Assembly (NCBI GenBank): GCA_050014055.1
Contig: JBEKEB010000001.1
Location: forward strand, 2,483 to 66,482
DNA length: 64,000 nucleotides
From: Anaerolineales bacterium
GTDB taxonomy: Bacteria > Chloroflexota > Anaerolineae > Anaerolineales > Villigracilaceae
Direction: 5' to 3'
Under the pieces are notes generated by a model. The model made no database searches. It was not told the DNA's origin and saw only the letters and a program-made list of their open reading frames with translations. Shown here piece by piece: positions 55,992-64,000 of the stretch. A program made the translations under genes and the position numbers. Every line of letters starts with the position of its first letter. The first letter of the stretch is position 1.

Positions 55992-56131
55992 AATTAATTC
56001 TCCTTTGGGTAATTTGCGCTTGAATAAAATCTCATCAGCTACAGGATGGGTAATATTACTATTTATGCCCATATTATCTATATTACAACGCAAACCTTGA
56101 TTATGCATTAAAATGGGATGAGAAGGTTTGG

Positions 56132-57235
56132 TTGGCAGTGGATACTGCTCACCCGGCTGGCGCATTGCGAACTATTTCCATTTCCATGGAAGGAGTAGAT
56201 TTGGACAGTCCTCTCTTCATTATTAACAGCGTGGCCCCCATCCGCATCTGCGACAACGGCGGCTGGACGGATACGTGGTTCGCCGGGCATGGGCAAATCT
56301 TTAATATTGGTGTGTACCCGTATGCCGAAGTGCAGATTGCCGTGTATCCCAACGATGACCGCACCAGCCAGATTATCATTAACGCCGAAAATTACGGGCA
56401 ACGCTACGTGGTCATACCTGAAAAACATTGGGACAAGCATCCTCTGCTCGAAGCGGCCATTGAATACATGCGTCTGCCGCCCGGCCTGTGTCTCGAAGTG
56501 ACCATTTTTTCCGAAGCCCCCGGTGGCGCCTCCACCGGCACATCGGCAGCGGTCACAGTGGCGCTGGTAGGCGGGCTGGATATGCTCACGCCTGGGCGGA
56601 TGACCCAGCACGAAGTGGCCAGCGCGGCCCAGAAGATCGAGGCCGAGATGCTGGGACAGCAAAGCGGCATCCAGGATCAGTTGTGTTCGGCTTACGGGGG
56701 CATCAACTTCATTGAGATGTTCAAGTATCCACATGCTTCGGTATCTCCGATCCAGATTCCCAACGCCACCTGGTGGGAACTGGAACGACGGCTTTCCCTG
56801 GTCTACCTTGGCAAGTCGCACCGCTCCTCGGATGTGCACGAGATGGTAATCCGTTCTCTCGAAAACGCCGGGCCGGATTGCCGGCAGCTCAATGACCTGC
56901 GCACCACCGCCACCAAATCACGCGATGCCCTTTACGCCAGTGATTTTGTCGCCCTGGGCGCCGCCATGATCGAGAATACCGAGGCGCAATCCCGCCTCAG
57001 TCCGGCCTTGATCAGTCCCGAGGCCGCCCGCGCGATCGAAATTGCCCGCGCACATGGTGCGCTTGGCTGGAAAGTGAACGGAGCAGGCGGTGATGGCGGC
57101 TCATTGACCATTTTGTCTGACGTGAGCGCCTCGGCCAAACGGGCCATGCTCTCCACCCTCGAGCAGGAAAACCCGCTCTTCAAGAATATCCCAATCTATC
57201 TCAGCCGCTATGGCCTGCGGGTATGGAAGCAATAG
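56132..57235 (+). CDS. GHMP-family sugar kinase (fucokinase/HddA-like)
   Basis: IRICDNGGWTDTWF and the GHMP motif APGGASTGTSAAVTVALVG. The start codon (TTG at 56132) is uncertain. Confidence 0.7.
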   Translation: MAVDTAHPAGALRTISISMEGVDLDSPLFIINSVAPIRICDNGGWTDTWFAGHGQIFNIGVYPYAEVQIAVYPNDDRTSQIIINAENYGQRYVVIPEKHWDKHPLLEAAIEYMRLPPGLCLEVTIFSEAPGGASTGTSAAVTVALVGGLDMLTPGRMTQHEVASAAQKIEAEMLGQQSGIQDQLCSAYGGINFIEMFKYPHASVSPIQIPNATWWELERRLSLVYLGKSHRSSDVHEMVIRSLENAGPDCRQLNDLRTTATKSRDALYASDFVALGAAMIENTEAQSRLSPALISPEAARAIEIARAHGALGWKVNGAGGDGGSLTILSDVSASAKRAMLSTLEQENPLFKNIPIYLSRYGLRVWKQ

Positions 57236-57236
57236 A

Positions 57237-58517
57237 ATGTCGCATACCACACTGAAATCCGGCTACACCGACCTGGTCGACCGGCTGAACCGATTCCCGC
57301 AAGGTGCGCCGCCCTCCGAAACACTCTATAAGATCCTGAAGATCCTGTTCAGCGAACAGGAAGCCGGAATGGTAGCGCAGTTGCCCATCAAACCCTTCAC
57401 GGCTGCCCAGGCCAGCCGGATTCTGAAATTGGAGCTGGCTGAAACGCAAAAGTCCCTAGACGCGCTGGCCAGCCGCGCCATCCTGGTGGATACTGAGCAC
57501 AATGGTCTGACCACCTACACCCTGCCGCCGCCCATGGCGGGTTTCTTTGAATTCTCGATGATGCGTCTGCGTGGTGACATCGATCAGAAAGTGCTGGGGG
57601 AACTTTTTTACCAGTATCTGAACGTGGAAGAAGAGTTCATCCGCAACCTGTTCGTCCGGGGTGAGACGCAACTGGGACGGGTGTATGTTCACGAAGCGGT
57701 GCTTTCCAATGAGAATGCCCTGCATGTGCTGGATTACGAACGCGCCAGCCAAGTCATCCGAACCGCCTCAGTCCGCGGCGTGGGAGTGTGCTACTGCCGC
57801 CATAAAATGATGCACATGGGCCGCGCCTGTGATGCCCCCATGGATATTTGCATGACCTTCAACGGTTCGGCCGAAAGCCTGACTCGGCATGGCTACGCCC
57901 GGGCAGTCGACGTGAGCGAAGGGCTGGACCTGCTCCAGCAAGCCTATAACCAGAACCTGGTGCAATTCGGTGAAAACGTTCGCGAAGGCGTCAACTTCAT
58001 CTGCAACTGCTGCGGCTGCTGCTGCGAAGCCATGATTGCTGCCCGCAAGTTTGGCATGCTCAACCCGGTGCACACCTCCAACTTCCTGCCCGTGATCGAT
58101 GAAACCACCTGCAACGGCTGCGGGAAATGTGTGAATGCCTGCCCGGTGGAAGCCATGACGCTGGTCTCCACCAATGATCCCCATCATCCTAAGATGAAGA
58201 AAGCCAAAGTGGATGAAGATGTCTGCCTGGGCTGCGGAGTCTGTGTGCGCACCTGCGGTCACGCCAGCATGAGCCTGCGATCCCGCCCGCAGCGCGTCAT
58301 CACCCCGCTCAACTCGGTCCACCGCACCGTCATGATGGCCATCGAGCGCGGCGACCTGCAAAACCTGATCTTTGACAACCGTGTCCTGTGGAACCATCGC
58401 GCCCTGGCAGCCGTATTCGGCGTCATCCTGAATCTTCCGCCCATCAAACAGGCCATGGCCAGCCAGCAGGTGAAATCACGTTACCTGGAGTACCTGATCA
58501 CACACATTGACGGGTAA
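57237..58517 (+). CDS. Cys-rich 4Fe-4S dicluster-domain protein of unknown function
   Basis: CNGCGKCVNACP and CLGCGVCVRTCG ferredoxin motifs, plus CNCCGCCC at 58002-58025. The ATG lies 1 nt after the kinase stop. Confidence 0.7.
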   Translation: MSHTTLKSGYTDLVDRLNRFPQGAPPSETLYKILKILFSEQEAGMVAQLPIKPFTAAQASRILKLELAETQKSLDALASRAILVDTEHNGLTTYTLPPPMAGFFEFSMMRLRGDIDQKVLGELFYQYLNVEEEFIRNLFVRGETQLGRVYVHEAVLSNENALHVLDYERASQVIRTASVRGVGVCYCRHKMMHMGRACDAPMDICMTFNGSAESLTRHGYARAVDVSEGLDLLQQAYNQNLVQFGENVREGVNFICNCCGCCCEAMIAARKFGMLNPVHTSNFLPVIDETTCNGCGKCVNACPVEAMTLVSTNDPHHPKMKKAKVDEDVCLGCGVCVRTCGHASMSLRSRPQRVITPLNSVHRTVMMAIERGDLQNLIFDNRVLWNHRALAAVFGVILNLPPIKQAMASQQVKSRYLEYLITHIDG

Positions 58518-58678
58518 CAAATCACCTTTTGCCTATACGCATACCGCAGGAGAACAAGGGACGAATATTGGTAAAACATCCTGGATGAAACAGCCTCCAG
58601 CATAAGTCCTGTATAATATATCAGCAATAGTTTTCCTCCAGGATTTCAACCGCAGATTGCACAGGTTTACGCAGGTTA

Positions 58679-60295
58679 TTGTTCAATCTGATCATCTGCG
58701 ACGTCCTCTCTTTAGTGCCGGTAACGTTTATTGGATATGGTGTTGGCGTGTTCATTCAGACATTCATTTTTGCCCTTTCACTGATCCTTAGCTTGCTTTT
58801 TTTCCTGTATGGATTCAATTATTATTACCTGCTGAACGCCTCCCGCAGGTATCGCACCCCACCCCTGCCGGACCATTCCCAGTATCTGCCGGCCGTTTCA
58901 ATTCAACTGCCAATTTATAATGAAAGAAATGTAATTCGCAGGTTGGCGGCTGCCTGTGCGGCCATGGCGGAGGCGTATGGGATGGATAAAGTGAAAATTC
59001 TTATCCTGGATGATTCTGACGATGATACCTCCCTGGAAGTTGATCAAGTTGTCGCGGAATATAAAGAAAAACATTTTCAAATGGTGCTTTTGCGTCGGGG
59101 AAACCGCGCAGGCTTCAAGGCTGGAGCATTACAGGCTGCCCTCAGCCGAACAGAAGAAGAATTCATTGCCATCTTCGACGCCGACTTTGTCCCACCCGCT
59201 GACTTTCTCCTGCGCTCCCTGCCCTATTTTGAACAGGACGAATCGCTGGGGATCGTTCAGAGCCGCTGGACCTTTCTGAACAAAGACTACAATCTGGTAA
59301 CCCGAGCCATCTCCCATGCCATTGATGTCCACTTCCTGGTCGAACAACCCGGAAGGTATGCTGCCGGGGTCTTTCAAAACTTCAACGGCAGCGGCGGCGT
59401 CCTTCGAAAAAAAGCCATAATGGAGGCCGGTGGCTGGCAGGCCGATACGTTGGCAGAAGATCTGGATCTAAGCTACCGCATGCAAATGCTTGGATACCGG
59501 ATTCTTTACTTGAGAGACCTGGTCTGCCCGTGCGAGATTCCCCCCACAGTCCCAAGCTTCAAACTGCAACAGGGACGCTGGGCTTGTGGCGCCTCCACTG
59601 CCGCCATAAAAATCCTTCCCGGACTTCTCAAGGATCGGAAATTGGGAATCAAGCAGCGCTTGCAAGCTTTCATTCATTTGACTGGCTATATGGTCCAACC
59701 CTTGATAGTCTTTTCCTTTGTGTTGGGTTGCCTGGCTGCATTATGGGGAGTGAACACTCTGCGCGCTTACCAATCCTATATCCTGTTTCCCGGCTTTAAT
59801 ATCGTATTTGCAACAAAAGCCGCCCGGATGATCTTTATGCAGAATCTGGTCTGGGCATTCCTGGCTCCTTTTATCCTCCTCTGCACCCTTGCGCCATTGG
59901 TCTCGCTTGTTTCCACACTAAAATTTCAGAACCTGGCTTTGTCGAAGAACCTGGACAGTCTTTCAGTGCTTCTCCTGATGTGCTTTGGAATGAGTCTGAG
60001 TATGCTGCGCGGCATCGGCCGGGCCATATCGGCAAAGCGACCCTTGGAATGGGTCAGGACTCCCAAATATGCCAATTTGCAAAACAAGATGGATTGGCGA
60101 AAGGATAAGTATCAGGTGCCATTTGACTTGGTTTGGATATGGGAGTTGCTTTTTGTAATGCTCGGGCTGTGGGCCATTGAAACCGCCATTCAGCAGGCGA
60201 ACTTTACCGGTCTATTCATCCTGGTGCCTTTTACCATAAGCTACGCCTTCGTGCTCTTGTTTTCGATCCTGCAGAGTCGCAGGGCCAGTGCCTGA
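58679..60295 (+). CDS. Processive family-2 glycosyltransferase (CslA / glucosyl-diacylglycerol-synthase-like) with flanking TM helices
   Basis: LDDSDDDT, FDADFVP, TLAEDLDLS and QQGRWACG (QxxRW) motifs. TTG start is uncertain. Confidence 0.75.
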   Translation: MFNLIICDVLSLVPVTFIGYGVGVFIQTFIFALSLILSLLFFLYGFNYYYLLNASRRYRTPPLPDHSQYLPAVSIQLPIYNERNVIRRLAAACAAMAEAYGMDKVKILILDDSDDDTSLEVDQVVAEYKEKHFQMVLLRRGNRAGFKAGALQAALSRTEEEFIAIFDADFVPPADFLLRSLPYFEQDESLGIVQSRWTFLNKDYNLVTRAISHAIDVHFLVEQPGRYAAGVFQNFNGSGGVLRKKAIMEAGGWQADTLAEDLDLSYRMQMLGYRILYLRDLVCPCEIPPTVPSFKLQQGRWACGASTAAIKILPGLLKDRKLGIKQRLQAFIHLTGYMVQPLIVFSFVLGCLAALWGVNTLRAYQSYILFPGFNIVFATKAARMIFMQNLVWAFLAPFILLCTLAPLVSLVSTLKFQNLALSKNLDSLSVLLLMCFGMSLSMLRGIGRAISAKRPLEWVRTPKYANLQNKMDWRKDKYQVPFDLVWIWELLFVMLGLWAIETAIQQANFTGLFILVPFTISYAFVLLFSILQSRRASA

Positions 60296-60299
60296 TTGT

Positions 60300-61601
60300 A
60301 TGGATAATTCAACTCCAACTACGCCAGGGGTTCGTCAAAAGAAAAATCTTCTTATTCCCGATTGGCTTTTGCTGGTCGGGAGCATTTTCTTGCAGGTAGT
60401 CCTGGCATATTTTTTTGGTCATGCTTATGATACGCGCATACATATGGCCACCGGTTATCTGGTGGGCACCGGCCAGAATCCGTATATTACGCAGAACCTT
60501 GCCGCCGTTTTCCATAACACCACTTTCGAAAGCATCACAACATTGGGATATCCGCCTCCTTGGGCGTTGGTACTGGGGCTTGTCTATCTTGTTTCTTATA
60601 GGATCATTCCTGATTTCTTACTTTACAACCTGGCCATTAAGCTCCCCATCATTGCTTCCAATATTTGTCTTGCATATTGTGTATTATACATATTAAGAAA
60701 ATCCGGAGCTCAGGAAAAGGTAAGTAGAACAGCCTGGATATTCCTGCTCTTCAATCCCTTTCTCCTTCTCACTTCCTCCGCCTGGGGTCAATTTGATTCT
60801 GTCGTAGCTTTATTGTCTATCCTGTCTCTTTTCCTGCTAAGTGAGGGGGGGCTGATTATTCCAGCAATCCTGCTGGCCCTGGCCATTTCCTTGAAACCCA
60901 TTGCCCTTCCCCTGATCCTGGTGATATGTATTTTCCTGACCGGCAGGTCATTACGGCATACGCTGCGATATTTTGCAATATTCACCCTTTCCATTCTTCT
61001 TTTTTGTGTGGCTCCATTTATTATTTTGAGATGGAATCCATCCGAGATTTTTCTACATTGGAATTCGCAATTTGTTGTTGGGGGAGGTCTGTCATTCATG
61101 ACTTTCCTGGAATACGTCAAGTGGACGTATCAACTGCCCGGGCAATGGTGGTTCCTGGGATGGTTGTGGTTGCCTGCCCTGGCCATTGCCACGCTTGCCT
61201 TGAAGCCAGGCATCCGCGGATTCGAGGACTTGCTGAAGAAAAGTACCGCTTTGATTTTGGTATTCTATCTCTGCCGGGCCTGGTTGTCTGAAACAAATAT
61301 CAATCTGATCCTGCCCATGGTGCTTATTCTGGTTTCCATACACGCGCTGGATCGTCGTACTCTCATTGCCATATGGGTTTTGCCATTAATCTTCAGTTTT
61401 TTTAACACTTCCCTCGCCCAACTTTTCTTCCCCAGTATGCCTGGATTAATGAACCTGTTTTTAAAATGGTCGGTTGAATTTTCAACTGCCAGATATGTCA
61501 TTCGAACCGCAATTGTCTTGGTTTGGCTTTTGGCAGGTTGGTGGATCGTGATCCAGTGTTACATGAAAGTTGCAGTACCATCCGAAACAATTCCATCCTG
61601 A
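60300..61601 (+). CDS. Polytopic membrane protein, GT-C/DUF2029-like glycosyltransferase candidate
   Basis: About 433 aa, hydrophobic throughout. The ATG lies 5 nt after the GT2 stop; the ORF-track GTG is at 60288. Confidence 0.5.
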   Translation: MDNSTPTTPGVRQKKNLLIPDWLLLVGSIFLQVVLAYFFGHAYDTRIHMATGYLVGTGQNPYITQNLAAVFHNTTFESITTLGYPPPWALVLGLVYLVSYRIIPDFLLYNLAIKLPIIASNICLAYCVLYILRKSGAQEKVSRTAWIFLLFNPFLLLTSSAWGQFDSVVALLSILSLFLLSEGGLIIPAILLALAISLKPIALPLILVICIFLTGRSLRHTLRYFAIFTLSILLFCVAPFIILRWNPSEIFLHWNSQFVVGGGLSFMTFLEYVKWTYQLPGQWWFLGWLWLPALAIATLALKPGIRGFEDLLKKSTALILVFYLCRAWLSETNINLILPMVLILVSIHALDRRTLIAIWVLPLIFSFFNTSLAQLFFPSMPGLMNLFLKWSVEFSTARYVIRTAIVLVWLLAGWWIVIQCYMKVAVPSETIPS

Positions 61602-61717
61602 GAAAATGTCCAATTCCATTTTGTCTTTTTTTACATCAACCCTTGGGATGCCTTTGGTAAAAAGAGTTTCAGAACGTTTTTTAAGAGACCTATCATGGTT
61701 CCAGGAGCTAATTTTCT

Positions 61718-62551
61718 ATGGGAATAGAAATTCCCCTCTTCCAGGGGCTCTCCTTAAATATCGGCGATGCCCCTCCCAATAAAAAAGCATATCCAACCGC
61801 AAGCCTGCAAAAAGGGTTTATATTAATGGCGCATGGTCAAGCGCTGGCTGAGGAAGCCGTCGGTTTTGGGGTTCCCGTACTCAAATGCGGGCTTCAAACC
61901 ATTTTTCCCGGGTCTGTTACTCTTAACTGCTTGAAGCATGAAACCAGCTGGAATATAACTGCTCTATTCAAGTTGGACCTGGTGGAAAGGATATCCAAAG
62001 CTGATAAGAGTGCAGTGAAGAACAAGTTCTTCTATGTTGCCAAGGATGGTTTGGCAGCCTTGATCCGCTTCCTGCCAATTCTTCGTGGTCCATTAACCGC
62101 CATATCCAGCCAACTCAGGCGCTCGTTCAACTGGGAAACCATCTACACGCCGGCCGGCTTTTCAACCGGGCTGAAGGTGCTCTACCAGTTGGATACAGAA
62201 ACAGGCCGGGTTGGCATCGAAATCGATCCAAGGAATCTGCCCCCTGAGATTACCGAAGTGATGGTAATGAATGAGCAAGGTGCATATGCGTTCGACCGGT
62301 ACCAGGACACTTCCGGGATCCTTCTTCAGGGGCAGGAGATCGGTTGTTGGGACGAAGTGAACGCCCAGGAGGCCTGGTTTGAAAGCACCGCCCACCGGGT
62401 TGCCTTCCGGCTCTGCCAGGTTAAAGGTGCGCGGCTATTTCGAGGCAGAGAGCTGGTCGGTTCGCGGCTCGCCTGGGCTGGTTTTGGTTATTCCTTCAGT
62501 CCATCCATCCAGAGCTTCCGGTATGAAATTAGAATTGAAAAGCGCCCATGA
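61718..62551 (+). CDS. Hypothetical soluble protein
   Basis: 277-aa ORF whose stop overlaps the next start (ATGA). No recognisable motif. Confidence 0.5.
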   Translation: MGIEIPLFQGLSLNIGDAPPNKKAYPTASLQKGFILMAHGQALAEEAVGFGVPVLKCGLQTIFPGSVTLNCLKHETSWNITALFKLDLVERISKADKSAVKNKFFYVAKDGLAALIRFLPILRGPLTAISSQLRRSFNWETIYTPAGFSTGLKVLYQLDTETGRVGIEIDPRNLPPEITEVMVMNEQGAYAFDRYQDTSGILLQGQEIGCWDEVNAQEAWFESTAHRVAFRLCQVKGARLFRGRELVGSRLAWAGFGYSFSPSIQSFRYEIRIEKRP

Positions 62552-63915
62552 CCTCGGTATTGCTGATCTACCCTTTTTTCAAACCTCGTTGTGACCGGTC
62601 GGTTTTCCGGTTTCCACCCCTTGGAATTAGTTATATAGCATCCAGTCTGCAAAAAGCCGGCCATGCGGTGCATTTAATCGACTGCACATTCATGGATAAA
62701 AAAGACGCCCTGAAACAAGCATTGGATATCAAAGCGGAAGTGGTCGGCATCTACGGCATGGTATCCATGCTGGACGAATGTGTCTGGTTCGCGCAGCAAT
62801 TGCGCTCCAGCTGCCTGCTGCTGGTTGCAGGGGGGCCGCTGCCCACTTGTGATCCCGAACCTTTTTTGAAATACTTCGATGTGGTTGTGCGCGGTGAAGG
62901 CGAACAAACCATGCTCGAACTCTTGCGCGCCTTTGAAGAAGAATCCGACCCGTCCCACATCGCCGGGATCGTTTTCCGCAGCGATGCCGGTTGGCCAGCC
63001 AAAGGCCGGCTTATCAGCACACCGGAAAGGGAATTTTCAATGGAATTGGACCGGATCCCTTTTCCTGCCCGCACATTACTTCCCAATGAAAGCTATATTC
63101 GCTACGGCAGGAAAAAATATGGATTTTCCATCACAACGGTGATGAGCACGCGTGGTTGCCCATATCGCTGCGAGTTCTGCAGCAATGTGGTTTTTGGCGG
63201 TTCCTACCGCGAGCGTTCGACGCAGAATGTGGTTGACGAAATCGAAGAAGCGCTTGCCCTGGGATATGACCGCATATCCTTCGCGGACGATGTTTTTACG
63301 ATGAAAAAGAAGCGGGTGATAAATGTATGCCGGGAGATCCGGCGTCGTGGGCTGCATTTCGCCTGGGAATGCCTGGGCAGAGTCGATGCCTTGGATTACG
63401 AAACAGCCCTTGAGATGAAAGCAGCCGGCTGTACACGTATCTTCTTCGGGATTGAATCCGGCAGCGACCAGATCCTCCAGTTGATGAACAAAAAAATTAC
63501 GACGGATGAGGCCCGCCAATCCGTACAGGCCGCCCATCAGGCTGGCCTGCAGGTGGGAGCGTTTTTCATCCTGTGCTATCCCGGCGATACGGATGACACC
63601 GTCCTCAAAACGCTTCATTATGCAACTTCGTTACCCCTTGACTACATCGGCCTCAGCATGCCCTATCCCCTTCCTGGAACCAAACTATATGAGAGAACGA
63701 AAGACCGCATCTCCCGCGATTGGCATCCCGAAGACAGCCCTTTCGGCAGCCACGTGCTCATATTCGATTCGGATTTTTCCGGGACAAAAATGTGGTTCGG
63801 AATTTTCAAAGGCCATGCGCAATTCGAGATTAAAAAAAGGTTGGGAAAATTATCGCCCATGCTGCTCCCCCTCTTCGAAAAAACCACCGATGCAGTCTTC
63901 CGGTTTTTAAAATAG
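62548..63915 (+). CDS. B12-binding-domain radical SAM enzyme
   Basis: N-terminal cobalamin-binding-like LLIYPFF...PPLGISYIAS and the radical-SAM cluster TRGCPYRCEFCSN. Confidence 0.85.
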   Translation: MTSVLLIYPFFKPRCDRSVFRFPPLGISYIASSLQKAGHAVHLIDCTFMDKKDALKQALDIKAEVVGIYGMVSMLDECVWFAQQLRSSCLLLVAGGPLPTCDPEPFLKYFDVVVRGEGEQTMLELLRAFEEESDPSHIAGIVFRSDAGWPAKGRLISTPEREFSMELDRIPFPARTLLPNESYIRYGRKKYGFSITTVMSTRGCPYRCEFCSNVVFGGSYRERSTQNVVDEIEEALALGYDRISFADDVFTMKKKRVINVCREIRRRGLHFAWECLGRVDALDYETALEMKAAGCTRIFFGIESGSDQILQLMNKKITTDEARQSVQAAHQAGLQVGAFFILCYPGDTDDTVLKTLHYATSLPLDYIGLSMPYPLPGTKLYERTKDRISRDWHPEDSPFGSHVLIFDSDFSGTKMWFGIFKGHAQFEIKKRLGKLSPMLLPLFEKTTDAVFRFLK

Positions 63916-64000
63916 ACGGACAATTTTTTCTTTCTTTTGATTTTTTTGTTCTTTCCCTGCGTGTTTTTCGCCTGCACAGTGCCTTAAGCACACGTGTGTT

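Noticed and set aside
1-64000. Alternative genetic code or stop-codon reassignment, suggested by the two in-frame stops (TAA at 43408, TAG at 35094).
   Set aside because: TAA, TAG and TGA each terminate many conserved genes in this window at the expected lengths. Examples are TGA for the LacI-family and TAA for the Hsp20 gene, TAG for the GHMP kinase, and TGA for ileS and the IS110 copy 1 transposase. The two cases are better explained by decay or sequencing error.
1-64000. tRNA, rRNA, tmRNA, RNase P and CRISPR arrays.
   Set aside because: Reading the intergenic regions showed no T-loop GGTTCGAAT-type tRNA signatures in a cloverleaf context, no rRNA-like stretches, and no regularly spaced direct repeats. 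Only a covariance-model scan could confirm their absence.

Overview
This 64-kb window is a chromosomal segment of a moderately GC-rich bacterium. The Thr/Pro-rich linkers on secreted proteins, the fused transaldolase-PGI gene and a T-box leader on ileS suggest a Chloroflexota/Anaerolineae-like origin, but that is inference only. I support about 55 protein genes and found no rRNA, tRNA or CRISPR array by eye.

The core backbone contains:
- a 5'-truncated ADP-forming acyl-CoA synthetase;
- a LacI-controlled sugar ABC importer plus trehalose synthase (treS);
- rpiB and a tal-pgi fusion;
- secreted M15 peptidase and CAP-domain proteins, and a GH36-like alpha-galactosidase;
- a T-box leader followed by ileS;
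- DegV, RNase D and Hsp20;
- a histidine-ammonia-lyase-like enzyme, an esterase and murJ;
- a CPBP protease, a GT-C glycosyltransferase, rimO, a RodZ-like protein and rplI.

Three visibly AT-richer accessory blocks interrupt this backbone:
1. A Wzx/Wzy-type polysaccharide cluster (about 21.85-31.3 kb).
2. A small island with two zinc-ribbon ORFs and a 612-aa GT-C-like membrane protein (about 34.3-37.7 kb).
3. A PEP-synthase/rifampicin-phosphotransferase-like gene broken by one in-frame TAA, followed by two convergent IS110-family transposase genes (about 41.8-48.2 kb). Two ~137-nt covarying hairpin elements lie between those transposase genes.

The window ends with an uncharacterised cluster: GHMP sugar kinase, Cys-rich 4Fe-4S protein, processive GT2, GT-C-like membrane protein, an unknown protein and a B12-radical-SAM enzyme.

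Other points of note are a cytochrome c (CXXCH) domain inside an ABC permease loop, a dispersed CCTTnGTG repeat family (one copy sits between the ileS T-box terminator and the start codon), and perfect palindromic LacI operators. All calls rest on reading the translations and sequence by eye; no database search was run.
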